Shown here piece after piece: positions 19,220 through 31,362 of a DNA stretch of 64,000 bases. A model generated the notes under the pieces. It was not told the origin of the DNA, made no database searches, and was given only the letters and a program-made list of their open reading frames with translations. Source of the stretch: an uncultured Chloroflexia bacterium (GTDB taxonomy: Bacteria > Chloroflexota > Limnocylindria > Limnocylindrales > CSP1-4). A program made the position numbers and the translations under genes. Every line of letters starts with the position of its first letter. Position 1 is the stretch's first letter. The stretch spans positions 224,001 through 288,000 of the forward strand of contig CAWHXD010000006.1 in NCBI GenBank assembly GCA_963833225.1, in the 5' to 3' direction.

Positions 19220-20030
19220 GGCCGGTCGCCGCGGACAGCTGGGCGTGCCACAAGCGCTGGAGTGACGAGGCCATCGCAATCAGGTCTCTCCCGACGCGGA
19301 TGAGCTGCAACCTCCGGCAGCCGGGAAGATGGACCCGTGACCCCGATCGCACCCATCAGCGTGGTCCCGATCCTGAGGGGAACGGCGACACAGCTCACAC
19401 CGGAGGACGTCTCGCCCCTGTCCACGGCATAGCCAGATCGACGAGCCTCAATCAGATGGCCATAGAGCGTCGCCCGATCTGCGGGCGCCTGCGACGTCCC
19501 GCCCTCGAACGTGAGCCGTCCGAGCTCTCGATCCAGGGCGTCATCGATCAAGAGCGGACAAGTACGCCTTGCCCACCGCGGAACAATGCATGGGTCGGAT
19601 CGCCCCCAGCTGCTCTCTGACACCCAGCATCTGGCGACTCGGGAAGAAGGCCGCGTAAACCATCGATCCCCTGGCCGGCACCGCGAGGAGGGCGGCCTCC
19701 TCATGGTGAGCACGGACGGCACGAAGAACCGGGTCGACGAGCTCGCTCAGGTCCGTGTGGTCGGGAGTGTAGGACACCAGGCGCAGTACCCGAGCGCCGT
19801 TGATCCCGTAGCGCTTTGACCGGAGGCCCTGCGCAACGTAGCCGGTGGTCACCAGCTGGCGCAGCAAGCGCAACGCGGAGCTGCTGTCGATGTCGATTGC
19901 CAGGGCGAGCTGGGACGGTGTGCGTGGCTTCTCGGCGAGGAACTCCAGCGTTTGAAACACCCGGGCGACCAGAGAGCGCTCGAAGCCGCGACCAGCCGCC
20001 GGCGAATCGATGCCCTCCGGACTCGACTGG
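19216..20030 (-). CDS. Second IclR-family regulator (frameshifted)
   Basis: SLVARVFQTLEFL...PMHCSAVGKAYLSAL, then in a shifted frame GYAVDRGET, CVAVP, GVTGP; start approximate. Confidence 0.75.
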
Positions 20031-20039
20031 TCGCTGCCC

Positions 20040-20905
20040 GGTGGGGGAGCCCAATGATCCCACGCGCCTCGTCAGGGCTCGCGGGCTCCCGCCCCATCAG
20101 GCGGGCCATGCGGGCGATGGTGTCAGCGAGCTCGGCGTTGGAGCGCGAGGGCGTGCCGTCGGGCAGGTAGGGGTTGTCCTCCGAGCCGACCCGCACGTGC
20201 CCACCCATGGACAGGGCAAGACCGAGCAGACCCCACTGGCGGACTGGGTCCATGACGCTCAGGTTCCAGTTGACCCGCGCCGGCAGGTGGTGGACGAGGT
20301 AGATCAGTGACTCTGGTGTCGGGGGCGTCCAGGCACCACCCTGCCATCCGATCAGGAGCGTCGCCCAGACCGGATCATCGAGCAGGCCCTTCCGCCGGAT
20401 GTACTCGAGATTCCAAAGGCGCCGGTGTAGAAGGCCTCGACCTCGGGTTTGACACCGTGCACCTGCGCCGCCGCAGAACTCGAGCTCAGGGCGGGTATGG
20501 ATCCCGTACTGCTCGTTCGCAGAGATCTCGGGATCGGGCTGGAAGAACTCATCATGCGCATTGAACGCGTAGGACATCATGTCTGGCGCGTGGTCGAACA
20601 GCGCAATCTTCTCCTGATTGGGCGCTGGCGATGCCGGACTGCGCGATCGCATCGCGCCTCGTCCGGATCTGGCGCGTGAGTTTCCCCCAGCCGTTGTAGT
20701 CGGTGCGGGACAGCCGCCGTCCGTCCGGCTGCATCGTCTCCTTGAGATAGTGAACGCCGTGGTGATGGACCGGACTGGCCCCGGCGTCGATGGCACGGAC
20801 ATACTCGTCCGCGACAGCCGAGATGTCGTCGATACGGGGCATCATGGCGAAGCCCGGGTAGGATGCGGAGCTGTCCACGGTGACGGTGATGATGACCTTG
20901 TCCAT
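20040..20905 (-). CDS. Beta-keto acid cleavage enzyme (BKACE/Kce, DUF849), frameshifted
   Basis: MDKVIITVTV, AIDAGAS.VHHH, GVKPEVEAF, ALSMGGHVRVGSEDN, SNAEL, GREPASPDEARGIIGL, spread over several frames. Confidence 0.8.
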
Positions 20906-20996
20906 CAGGGCCTGACATCCTTCAGATCGTTGGCGGAACAGATCGGGCGTTGATGGAGGAGACCCGGAGGTCTCCTCCATCGCGTGGGCGCGAGGG

Positions 20997-22411
20997 CTAC
21001 GGCTGGCTGGCCATGTACTCGTCCCAGTTGTCCTGAATCGCCTTGGCGTAGGCCTCGGAGGTGATCTGCCCGCCCAGCAGCAATTGGCTCTGAGCCTTCA
21101 TGAGGGTGCCCATCGTCGGGGTAGGCCAGTCCTCCCACGTGAACAGGCCGTTGTCGGCGTTGAGGCGCTGGTATTCGCTGGCCATCTGCTTGAGCAACGG
21201 GTTGTCGATCGTTGCCGTGGCTCCAGCGTTGGCAGCGGAGGGCCGGCCGGATGCGATCTGCGCGGCGATTGCCTCGGGCGAGGTCGTGATGAAGTTCACG
21301 AATGTCGCGGCGCAGTCGGGGTACTTGGTCTTGGACGAGACGACGAACGGCAGGCTGTAGCCGCCGACCGCTTCGTGCTTGCCCGTGTCGCCGACCGGGA
21401 ACAGCATGAAGCCAGCGTTGTCGCCCATGGCCTTGTAGATGTCGCCGAGTGCCCACGTGCCGCCGATATAGAACACGCCCTCGCCGCTACCGAAGCGCGC
21501 GACGGCGTCATTGAAGCTGGTGGCGAGGGCGTCCTTGTTGTAGTAGCCGTTCTCCATCCAGGCGCGGAAGTCATTGCCCGCCTGGACGTGACCGGCATCG
21601 TTGTAGGTGCTGCCGGCGACGTTGAACACCCAGTTGTTGATCGCGTCGACAGGCACGTACCAGCCGTTGAACAGGGAGAGGTTGTGCAGGGCCGGCCACT
21701 GATCCGAGTCGCCCAGCATGACCGGAAGCTCGCCGGCGGCCTTGGCCTGGTCGAGCAGCGCCATGTAGGCGGCCTTGGTATCGAGCGTCGCGATGTCCGA
21801 AACGCCCAGCGCGGCCAGCTTCTCCTTGTTGTAGAAGACACCGACATACTGGATCGCCTGGGTCATCGACCAGATCGAGCCTTCACCGAAGGTCTTGCCG
21901 TCGGTGGTGAACTTCTGGACTTTGAGCGCCGAGGCCGGGAACGCGTCGTTCCAGCCGAACGCCTGTGCGTACTTGTCGAGGTTCAGGATCAGCCCCGCCT
22001 TCATGAGGGCTCCATTGATCGTCCAGCCGTGGTTGCCCTGCATCACGTCGGGCGGGCTGTCGCCAGCCATCACGAGCTTGATCGTGTCCCACGCCGACGC
22101 CCAGTCCTTTGCGTTGATCTGGATCTTGACGTTGGGATTCTGTGACTCGAATTCGGCGGCAAGTTTCTTGAACTCATCCTGGATGACCTCGCCGGCCTCG
22201 GAGAAGCCGACCGTGAGCGTGATGTCACCGGCGTCGGCGCAACTGGGCAGGCCCGCGGAGGCGCCTCTGACGGCGCCTCGGTGACCGTGGCGGGGGGAGC
22301 GGTCGGCGTCCCGGCCGATGGCGCCGGCGATGCCGCGCTGGAGCAACCGGCAACGAGGCCGATTGAAAGCAGGATCGCAGTGGAGCGCCTCCACTGAGCG
22401 AGATGGGTCAA
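20997..22411 (-). CDS. Sugar ABC transporter substrate-binding lipoprotein (frameshift in the N-terminal linker)
   Basis: Lipobox LVAGC; FESQNPNVKI, PPDV, VFYNKE, FGSGEG motifs; GAGGAG RBS before TTG 22411. Confidence 0.85.
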
Positions 22412-22766
22412 AGCCTGTTCCTCCTCAGACGAAACGTGCATCACGATGGCGGGCCGTCTCCGGCCTGCTCGCCCTGGTCCAAACCCCGGCGCGGGAGCCC
22501 CGACCGGGCTCAGAGACTGTGACCGCGCGCGGCCGGCTCGGCCCGGTTCCTACGTTCCGAGTACCGGTCGGTGTTCACCTCTCCTGGTGGCTCGCCTCCT
22601 TGTCGTGACCATGACGTTGATTACCAAATGGTAGATGGTGCGTCAAGCACAGCACATGTGATTCTATGTTGCAAAGACCGCACTATGTGGTGCCAGATGC
22701 CCGCTCAGGCCAGGCTGGAGCGGGTTGGCCCGCCCCAGTCGTGGGTGGCCGTGCTGGTGCCGCCCA

Positions 22767-23533
22767 TCAGCGAGCGCTGTAGCCGCCGTCCACGAAAGCG
22801 TCGCGCCGTGGGAAAAGGATGAGCGATCGGATGCCAGGAACAGGATCGCGTCAACGATTTCGGCTTCAGTCCCGAGTCTGCCGATGATCTGACGTGCCGC
22901 CATCAGGCGCCGAAGCTCGTCCGCGTCAGGTGCTCCAGCGACGATCCGATCCACCCATGGTGTCTCCGTGGTCCCAGGCGCCACGCAGTTCGCTCGGACG
23001 CCCCGTTCGGCATAGTCCACGGCCAGGCTGCGCGTGAGCGAGATCAGGGCCGCCTTGGATGCCCCGTATGCCGCGCGGTTGGGGATCCCGATGATGCCCC
23101 CGACCGATGCGACGTTCACAAAGACGCCGTGGCCCTGCCCGAGCATGGCTGGAAGCGTCTCTCGACACACCACAAACGGCGCCCGCACGTTGACCGCGAA
23201 GGTGTCATCCCACTGGTCGAGCGTCGTCTCGTGGACGGCCGCTCGGTAGCCGACGCCGGCGTTGTTGATGACGAGGTCAACGCCTCCCAGCAAGCGGATC
23301 GCCGCGGCCACGGAGGAGACGGTGGCCGCGGCATCCGCGAGATCGACGACGACGGGGTGGCATCGCTCCCGGCCCTCGGTCTTGGCAAGTTCCTCAAGCG
23401 CCGACCTGTTCCGACCCAGCGCCGCCACTTGACAGCCGGCCTCGATGAGGGCGACGGCCGCTGACCGGCCGATCCCGGACGAGGCGCCGGTGACGATCGC
23501 TCGCTGTCCAACGAGACCCCAGGGATCCTTCAC
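22767..23533 (-). CDS. SDR-family oxidoreductase
   Basis: TGASSGIG, NNAG, NVAS, YGASK, NCVAPG; the C-terminal VDGGYSAR* is in a shifted frame ending at 22767. Confidence 0.88.
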
Positions 23534-23734
23534 TGGCGAAGACCTCGCTCCAGACTGGGGGATGCTGATGGTGCACCATGGTGCGCTATACGCACGTCCG
23601 AGTATTCACCGTTCTTGGGCAATGTCAAGGGTGATTTCACTGCGCGGTGTCGGCGAGTTGGTGTGTTGCCAACAGCCTGGATCGCATGGCATGATGGCTG
23701 CGTTCAGTGCAATCGGCTGCGTGGTGTGCATCAG

Positions 23735-24803
23735 ATGAACAGCCAATCCTCGGTCGATGCGGAAGGCGATCCGGTGGGGTTCGATCGGTTCGTGCCACCC
23801 TCGATGCAAGCCGCCGTGGTGCGAGCGCTGCCGACTCGACGGATGGCGGTTGAGGTCACCGCGACGCCGCGCGTCGAGGCTCCCGACCACCTCCTGCTGC
23901 GCGTCGAGGCGTGCGGGATCTGCGGCACGGACTTGCACATTCTTGATGGAGCGTCGTACCGGCCGACGCTCCCGTTCGTCCTCGGCCACGAAGCCGTGGG
24001 GACGGTCGTCGAGACGGGATCGGACGCCGCGCGGTGGGTTGGCCGCCGGGTGACGATGACCAACTTCACGGGCTGTGGCAGGTGCGATCTGTGCCGCGAC
24101 GGGGATGAGCGATTGTGCCCCGAACTCGTGTCGATCACCGGGGTCCTTGGGTCGTGGGGCGGGTTTGCGGGCTACACGCGCATTCACGCCGCGCAGGCGA
24201 TTGAGGTTCCACCGACGCTGGACGCCATCGGCGCGGCTTCGCTCGTGGACGCCGGAGCGACCGCGGCGAACAGCGTCAGGGTGGCCATCGAGCGATCGCC
24301 CGAGCGCGTGTTGCTGATCGGAGCGGGACCGATCGGATTCCTGTGCGCGGAGCTGCTGAAGATGGCTGGGGTCCAGCTGGATGTCGTGCACCCGAGCCCC
24401 CTGCGGCGTCAGGCCCTCGCGGCCATCGGCCACAACGTGGTCGCGTCGTTCGATGAGCTCAGATCGGCCTATGACGTGGTGATCGACTGCGCCGGGGTGC
24501 CGGAGGTGATTGCACCCGGCTTGGCGCGCCTCGGGCCGAAGGGAGCGTATCTGCTGGCCGGGTATGCCAAGGCCCCGAACTTGGACCTCGCGGTCGTCGC
24601 CCGCAGGGAGGGCGTGGTGCGAGGGATACGCTCCGGTCGCCGCTCGGATCTCGAGTCGGTGATCAGCGCGGCGGCCGGTGGGTCGATACGGATCCTGGGC
24701 GTCACGACGTGGCCACTTGCGGCAGTCAACGATGCTCTCGACGCGCTCAGGTCGCGAGCCGTTCCCGGCAAGGCCGTCGTGATTCCCCACCGGCCAGCGA
24801 TGA
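23735..24803 (+). CDS. Zn-dependent alcohol/polyol dehydrogenase (MDR family)
   Basis: CGICGTD, LGHE, CGRCDLC..C, GAGPIG, GKAVV; end approximate. Confidence 0.88.
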
Positions 24804-25689
24804 GCTCCTCGATCAGGATCGCCCTTGATCCGGCAATGCTTGTCGCTCGACCCGCCGACGACGCCTTGCGGGCGGCCGCACGCGCGGGGTACGCGCGTGT
24901 GGGGCTGGGCAACCGCCCGGACCTCGTGCCTTGGTTCGGGCCGCCGGTCACGCCTGCCTCGGAGCTGCGACGGATCGCGGCGACAGCATCCGGGTTGGGC
25001 ATCGAGATCGCCTCGGTCGCGGTGATCCAGGCCTGGCTGACCTGGACGAGGCGATTTGGCAGCGTGCCGTGGGCTGGTGGCGTGCCGGTATCGATGCGGC
25101 CGTCAACCTGGGTGCCAACCACATCAACACCGAGTTCTCAGGAGACCCCGGGCGGGTGGCGGCGAGCCGAGATGCGTTCCTGCGCTCGTTCGGCGATCTG
25201 AGCCCGGACCTTGCCGACGCCGGACTCTCGGTCGCCGTGGAGCCGCACCCCAACGACTTCGTCGAAACGACGGCAGGGGCACTTGAGGTCATCGACGCGG
25301 CCGGCGATGCGAGCCTCAGCTACCTCCACTGTGTCCCGCATGCCTTCCACCTGCAGGGGACAACGAGTGAACAGCTGGCGTTGGCAGATGGCCGGTTCGA
25401 CCACGTCCACCTGGCAGACGCGTTCCGTCCGGATCGCACCATCCTCAATCCTCCATCGCCGCATGTGCGAGTCCACCAGCACCTGGATCCCGGTCAGGGT
25501 GAGATTGACCTTGGCGAACTTGCGGGAGCGCTCGGTCAATCCCAGTTCCGCGGTGTGCTGACGGTGCAGGTGTTCGCGTGGCCCGACCGCGCGGAGACCT
25601 CATTCGCCGCCTCCAGACTGGCCGCTGAAGCCCTCGTGGCCGAGATCGAGGCCGCCAGGAGCGGTCGCCGCGAAGCGGCACCGAGATAG
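24800..25689 (+). CDS. Sugar phosphate isomerase/epimerase (IolH/AP-endonuclease-2 TIM barrel), frameshifted
   Basis: IALDP, INTEFSG, VEPHPNDFVE, HVHLAD, RVHQHL, VFAW; frame change near 25040. Confidence 0.75.
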
Positions 25690-25697
25690 GGTCTCAC

Positions 25698-26372
25698 GTG
25701 GTGTTGCTTGAGGATCGTCTGCACGCAGCCGGCGTCGTCGCCGTGACAAGGCCGCCGGCACCGCCCTTGGCAGAGGCTCTCGCCCGGGCTCTGCTCGCGG
25801 CGGGCATCGACGTCATCGAAATCACGTTCCGCACGGCCGGTGCGCCGGCCGCGATCGACCGCATCCGGACAACCGTCCCGGAGATGCTGGTCGGCGCGGG
25901 ACCGTGCTCACGGGCCCGGCCCGGCAGGCGACAGACGCCGGCGCCGAGTTTGTGGTCGCGCCGGGCAGCAGCGCGGGCGTCATCGAGGCTGGCTGAGACG
26001 GCACCGCGATGATCCCGGTGGTCGCGACCCGAGTGAGATCGAGGCGAACCTCGCCCGCGGGCTCACCCTCCTGAAGCTGTTCCCCGCGGAGTCATCGGCG
26101 GTGTCTCGATGGTCAGGGCCATGCATGGCCCATATCCCGATGTGCGCTTCGTGCCAACGGGCGGGATCGGGCCGGCCAATCTGGCCGCCTATCTCGCCCA
26201 ACCCAACGTCGTCGCATGCGGCGGGTCGTGGCTGACGGAGGGTGTTCAAACCGAGGATGACCTTGTCCAAATGGGGTTCCGCGCGCGAGCGGCCGCCGCC
26301 CTGGTGCGCGAGGCGCGTGGCGCAGTGCCCGCAATGTCGGGGAATTCGACCGGAAGGGAGGTCCCGCGGTGA
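25698..26372 (+). CDS. eda: KDPG/KHG aldolase (frameshifted)
   Basis: IEITFRT, LVGAG(T), KLFPAE, FVPTGGI, CGGSW across three frames. Confidence 0.8.
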
Positions 26373-27474
26373 CCCCGCTCGTGATCCGGCATGAACATGA
26401 CGTGACATGGGATCTCGTGGCCCTGGGCGAGGTGATGCTCCGGTTCGATCCTGGCGAGGATCGGATCACCACCGCGCGGACGTTCCGGGTGTGGGAAGGC
26501 GGCGGCGAGTACAACGTCGCTCGGGGCCTGCGGCACTGCTTCGGCCTGCGCAGCGCGATCGTGACGGCGCTGGCCGACAATCCGGTCGGACACCTTGTCG
26601 AGGGACCTGATGCGCGAGGGCGGCGTCGACCTGCGCTACCTGCGATGGGTGCCCTACGACGGGGTCGGACGCGCGGCGCGCATCGGGCTCAACTTCACGG
26701 AACGCGGGTTCGGGGCCCGGGCGGCCATCGGGATGTCGGACCGGGGGCACTCGGCCACCTCACGGCTGCGGCCCGGCGATATCGACTGGGACGCCGTGTT
26801 CGGCACGGATGGCGCCCGCTGGTTCCATTGCGGCGGGATCTTCGCGGCGCTGTCCGAGAGCACACCACTCGGGTCGCCCGCGAGGCAATGGAGGCCGCCC
26901 GCCACCACGGGGTGGTCGTGAGCTACGACCTCAACTACCGTGCCAGCCTGTGGCAGTCGATCGGTGGGCAGGCGCGCGCGCGCGCCGTCAACCGGGAGCT
27001 CGCGCCGCTCGTCGACGTCATGCTGGGGAACGAAGAGGACTTCACCGCCGCGTTGGGGTTCGAGGTGCGCCGGTCTTGACCCGAACCTGGCAGCCCTCGA
27101 CGGGGCCAACTTCGCCCGGATGATCGACGAGGCCACCCGGACATTCCCGAACCTTCGCGTCGTTGCCACCACCTTGCGGAATGCCCGGACGGCGACGCGG
27201 AACGACTGGGGTGCGATCTGCTGGGCCGATGGACGGTTGTATCGGGCCACGTCCGCGACCGGACCTCGAGATCCTGGACCGGGTGGGCGGCGGCGACTCG
27301 TTTGCCTCTGGGCTCATCTACGGGTTCCTCACCGACCGCGGCGCCCAGGCTGCGGTCGAGTACGGGGCAGCCCACGGCGCGCTGGCGATGACGACGCCGG
27401 GGGACGCTTCCACGGCAACCCTGTCCGAGGTCGAAGCCGTGATGGCAGGCTCATCCGCCCGGATCTCCCGGTAG
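26369..27474 (+). CDS. kdgK: PfkB-family 2-keto-3-deoxygluconate kinase (frameshifted)
   Basis: LGEVMLRFDPG, EGGGEYNVA, SYDLNYR, GNEED, DRVGGGDSFASG across frames. Confidence 0.82.
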
Positions 27475-27526
27475 CGGCATTGACTCTTCGACCGATCTGT
27501 CCCGCATCTCGACCCGGAGGAAACCC

Positions 27527-28570
27527 ATGGGCACAGGCAAGCCAGGCGTCGCCATCGTGGGCCTCGGGCTCATCGCCCGCACGCATGCGTCGGCCTATCG
27601 GCAACTGAGCAACCTCGTCGATCTGGTGGCGGTCTGCGACACCGATCACGCTCGGGCGAGATCGTTCGGAATCGAGTTCGGCGCGCGCCCGATATTCGAT
27701 CTGGCCGAGGTCGTCGCGGACCCGTCCATCGATGTCGTCGATCTGATCCTGCCCCACAAGATCCATGAGCAGGCCGCTCTGGCCGTGCTGGACGCGGGGA
27801 AGCACCTGCTGATGGAGAAGCCGGTCGCTGGCAGCTACGCGGAGTCGGCGAGGATCCTCGGACGGGCAGAGGAATTGGGCGTCCACTTCATGGTGGCCGA
27901 GAACACCCGCTACGCACCCGCGTACCTGGCCGTCGAGAGGCTGCTTGGTGATGGCGCCATTGGCGACGTCGTGCACGCTCGGACGTTCCTCCGCTCAAAC
28001 GAGAAGCAGCACCTTTCGATGCCGGGCTACTGGCGGACCCGATTTGAGACTGGCGGCGGACTGATTCTGGACACGGGCGCCCACTCCTTCTTTCTGCTGA
28101 AGTGGCTGCTCGGTGACATCGCCGAGCTGACCGCGTTCTCGACCAAGGTGTTCGCCCTCCCGAACGAGATCGAGGACACGGCTTACGTTCGCGGCCAACT
28201 CGCCTCAGGCGCCCTGTTCTCGGCGGGCTTCACGTCCGTGTCGGAGGTACCACACAGCGAGCGCCTCGAACTCTACGGAACCACGGGCGGCCTCCTCGTG
28301 GACCAGATGGCGGATCCCGTGGTCAAGCTGTTCCGTGGCGACCAGGACTTCCAGGGCCAAGCCGTCGACGGCGTACGCTTTGGCCCGGACGCCTGGCACC
28401 CGGGTGGCTGGCACTGGGAATCCGTCATTGCCGAGGTGACCGACTACGTGACCTCGCTGGTCAAAGGGCGGCGCCCGCTCATCAACTCCTGGGACGCGGC
28501 CTATGCGATCAAGGTGGTTGACGCCGCGTATGCCTCGATTTGCCAAGGGAGCCCGGTCGCGGTCTCGTGA
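27527..28570 (+). CDS. Gfo/Idh/MocA-family oxidoreductase
   Basis: VGLGLIA, AGKHLLMEKP, GGGLILDTGAH, IED. Confidence 0.9.
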   Translation: MGTGKPGVAIVGLGLIARTHASAYRQLSNLVDLVAVCDTDHARARSFGIEFGARPIFDLAEVVADPSIDVVDLILPHKIHEQAALAVLDAGKHLLMEKPVAGSYAESARILGRAEELGVHFMVAENTRYAPAYLAVERLLGDGAIGDVVHARTFLRSNEKQHLSMPGYWRTRFETGGGLILDTGAHSFFLLKWLLGDIAELTAFSTKVFALPNEIEDTAYVRGQLASGALFSAGFTSVSEVPHSERLELYGTTGGLLVDQMADPVVKLFRGDQDFQGQAVDGVRFGPDAWHPGGWHWESVIAEVTDYVTSLVKGRRPLINSWDAAYAIKVVDAAYASICQGSPVAVS

Positions 28571-28739
28571 GGCCGGCGGCCGCAACTTCCAGTGGCGTGC
28601 CACCGCTGACGGGGTCCGTCCGGGCTCCGTGCGATAATCCGGCGGTGACGTCGGACCGAACCGGTTCGATCGGGCGACGACCCCGGGGCCAAACGGCCGG
28701 CCGACCACTCACAGCGTCCTCCCGGAGAGCCCAACCACC

Positions 28740-29624
28740 ATGACCGAAATCTCCACCTGGGCCACCAAGAAAGGCCTCGCCCAGATGCTCAAGGGCGGCG
28801 TCATCATGGACGTCGTCACCCCCGAGCAGGCCACGATCGCCGAACAGGCGGGCGCCGTCGCCGTCATGGCCCTCGAGCGCGTCCCGGCCGACATCCGCGC
28901 CGCCGGCGGCGTCGCGCGCATGTCCGACCCCGAGATGATCGTCGGGATCATGAAGGCGGTCTCGATCCCGGTCATGGCCAAGGCCCGGATCGGCCACTTC
29001 GTCGAGGCACAGGTGCTCGAGGCCCTGGGCGTGGACTACGTCGACGAGTCCGAGGTCCTCACCCCCGCGGACGAGCGGAACCACATCGACAAGCACGCGT
29101 TCAAGATCCCGTTCGTGTGCGGCTGCCGAAACCTCGGCGAGGCCCTGCGCCGGATCAACGAGGGCGCGGCGATGATGCGCACCAAGGGCGAGGCCGGCAC
29201 CGGCAACGTGGTGGAGGCCGTCCACCAGCTGCGCGACGTGCTGGCCGACATCCGGAAGCTCCAGGGCATGCGCGAGGACGAGCTGTTCGTGGCGGCCAAG
29301 GAGCTCCAGGCCCCCTACGAGCTGGTGAGGCAGGTCGCAGCCGATGGGAAGCTGCCGGTCGTCAACTTCGTCGCCGGCGGGATCAGCACCCCGGCGGACG
29401 CCGCCCTCGTGATGCAGCTGGGCGCTGAGGGCGTGTTCGTGGGCTCGGGCATCTTCAAGAGCGAGGACCCGGCGCGAATGGCCAATGCCATCGTCCAGGC
29501 GACCACGCATTTCGGTGATCCCAAGATCATCGCCGAGGTCTCGAAGGGCCTGGGTGCTCCGATGCGAGGCATCGAGATCGCCGCGATCCCCGAGGGTGAG
29601 CGCCTGGCGGTCCGCGGCTGGTAG
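28740..29624 (+). CDS. pdxS: Pyridoxal 5'-phosphate synthase lyase subunit
   Basis: [43 protein letters not shown]. Confidence 0.97.
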   Translation: MTEISTWATKKGLAQMLKGGVIMDVVTPEQATIAEQAGAVAVMALERVPADIRAAGGVARMSDPEMIVGIMKAVSIPVMAKARIGHFVEAQVLEALGVDYVDESEVLTPADERNHIDKHAFKIPFVCGCRNLGEALRRINEGAAMMRTKGEAGTGNVVEAVHQLRDVLADIRKLQGMREDELFVAAKELQAPYELVRQVAADGKLPVVNFVAGGISTPADAALVMQLGAEGVFVGSGIFKSEDPARMANAIVQATTHFGDPKIIAEVSKGLGAPMRGIEIAAIPEGERLAVRGW

Positions 29625-29648
29625 GGCGCCTCGGCTGAGGCCGGCCCG

Positions 29649-30287
29649 ATGAAGATCGGCGTGCTGGCGCTGCAAGGCGCCTTTGCTGAGCACATCGCCA
29701 CCCTGCGCACCATCGGCGTGGAGGCCGTCGAGGTGCGCCTGCCGCAGGACCTCGACGACATCGATGGCCTCATCCTGCCGGGTGGCGAGAGCACCACGAT
29801 GCGGCGCCTCATCGCCCGCTGGGGGCTGCAGCAGCCCATCCTCGACCTGGCCGCCCGGGGAGCACCGCTGTTCGGAACGTGCGCCGGGATGATCATCCTC
29901 TCCCGTGAGATCGCGGGTGACGAGGAGCCGGTCCTGCCGCTCCTGGACGTGAGCGTCGAGCGGAATGCGTTCGGGCGCCAGCTGGATTCGTTCGAGACGG
30001 AGCTGTCGGTGCCGCTGCTGGGCGACACGCCGGTGCACGCGGTGTTCATCCGGGCGCCGGTCATCGAGCGGGTTGGCGCCGCCGTGGACGTGCTGGCGAG
30101 GCTCGACGATGGGCGGATCGTCGCGGTCCGCGAGCGCAACGTGATCGCCACCTCGTTCCACCCGGAGCTGGCGGGCGAGACCCGCTTCCACCGGCTGCTG
30201 GCCGCGATGGCGTCGGAGCATGCCGATCCGGGTGAGGGCATCGGCCGCCGACCCCATCCCACGCGCCGCAGCGGGCAGGGGGGCTGA
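29649..30287 (+). CDS. pdxT: PLP synthase glutaminase subunit
   Basis: GVLALQG, PGGEST, GTCAG, RNAFGRQ, FIRAP, FHPE. Confidence 0.96.
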   Translation: MKIGVLALQGAFAEHIATLRTIGVEAVEVRLPQDLDDIDGLILPGGESTTMRRLIARWGLQQPILDLAARGAPLFGTCAGMIILSREIAGDEEPVLPLLDVSVERNAFGRQLDSFETELSVPLLGDTPVHAVFIRAPVIERVGAAVDVLARLDDGRIVAVRERNVIATSFHPELAGETRFHRLLAAMASEHADPGEGIGRRPHPTRRSGQGG

Positions 30288-30291
30288 CGCC

Positions 30292-31339
30292 GTGGCACGG
30301 ATCTCAGGCAAGGTGCGTGCAGCCCGGCTGACCGACCTGGCTGCGCTGGGCGAGCTGTCACGCCTGGCCCAGGCCGACACGGACGGTACCCGGTCGCTCG
30401 GACTGCCGGTGGCCGGGCCGCGGATCGGCATGTTCGCCCTGTTCCGGCTCCCGCTGGGGGCCTTCACCCCGCACGACGTGATGTATGTCTTTGACCGCGG
30501 TGGCCATGTCGCGGGCCTGCTCCGGGTGGAACGGGAGCGCTCGCGCGACGACTGGACCGTGGTGGAGCTCGACGCGGTTGGCGACATGGACGCGGGCGAC
30601 GTGCGGTTCCGGCTCGTCCAGCATCTGCTGCGCGATGGGGTCCGTCGCGGAGCCGTGCGCTTCCACGTGGCCTGCGCCGATGCCGACGACAACATCGAGC
30701 TGTTCATGCAGGCGGGCTTCGTCCGGTACGGCGACGAGCACCTCCTGTTCCGCACGCCGCAGACGCCGCTCCCGGCAGCGATGAGCGACGACGAGGCAAC
30801 CACGCTCGGGATCCGCGAGGCCCGGCCCCCCGATGCGCTCGCGTTGTCGAAGCTGTATGCGAGCGTGACGCCAGCCCCGGTCCAGCGGCTGGAGGACGTG
30901 CGCCTTCCCGACTGGGAGCGCCAGGGGCGCGACTGGCGGGTTCCGCGCAGCTCCCTGGCGCCGATCCTGCGCTTTGCCGATGTCGAGGCGTACGTCCTGC
31001 CCTCAGCCGGGTGGGGGTCGCGATGGCACGGAGCTCGACGCGTTCCTCCAGGTCGGTGTCGCGAAGGAGGACCAGCCGCACTATCTCAAGGTGCTCGCCC
31101 GGCCGGGCTCGGAGATCGCGGCCCTGATCCGGTTCGGACTGGGCGTGATCGCCGCGCGCGCTGAGCCGTCGGGGGCGCACCATCAGGGGGTGCTCGCCCC
31201 GGTTCGAACCTACGAGTCGCCGGTGGACCGGCGGCTGGAGGAGGAGGGCTTCGCGTCGATCGCCGCCGTCACGCTCCTGATGAAGGAAACCCTCGTCCGG
31301 GTTGCTGAGCCGCGCCTCGTGCCGGCCGGCGTCCGCTGA
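30292..31339 (+). CDS. Tandem GNAT-like hypothetical protein (frameshift near 31010)
   Basis: Two VR/IR-x-A-xxxDL GNAT-like starts; LFMQAGF and LEEEGF motifs. Confidence 0.55.
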
Positions 31340-31362
31340 CGGGCGAACGGAGGTCAGCCAGC

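Noticed and set aside
22620-22700. Short palindromes (TACCA-AA-TGGTA; ACCGCACTATGTGGT) in the AT-richer region upstream of the binding-protein gene
   Set aside because: Plausible operators, but single and short, and not assignable to a regulator from sequence alone.
23615-25201. Apparent ADH-epimerase fusion ORF
   Set aside because: An ATGA lies exactly at the domain boundary (24800) in a region full of indels; most likely two coupled genes joined by a frame error.
28509-30803. Long antisense or alternative-frame ORFs (also 3381-5093, 38397-40241, 51955-53763 and others)
   Set aside because: Shadow ORFs expected in very GC-rich DNA; no motifs, and they overlap well-supported genes.
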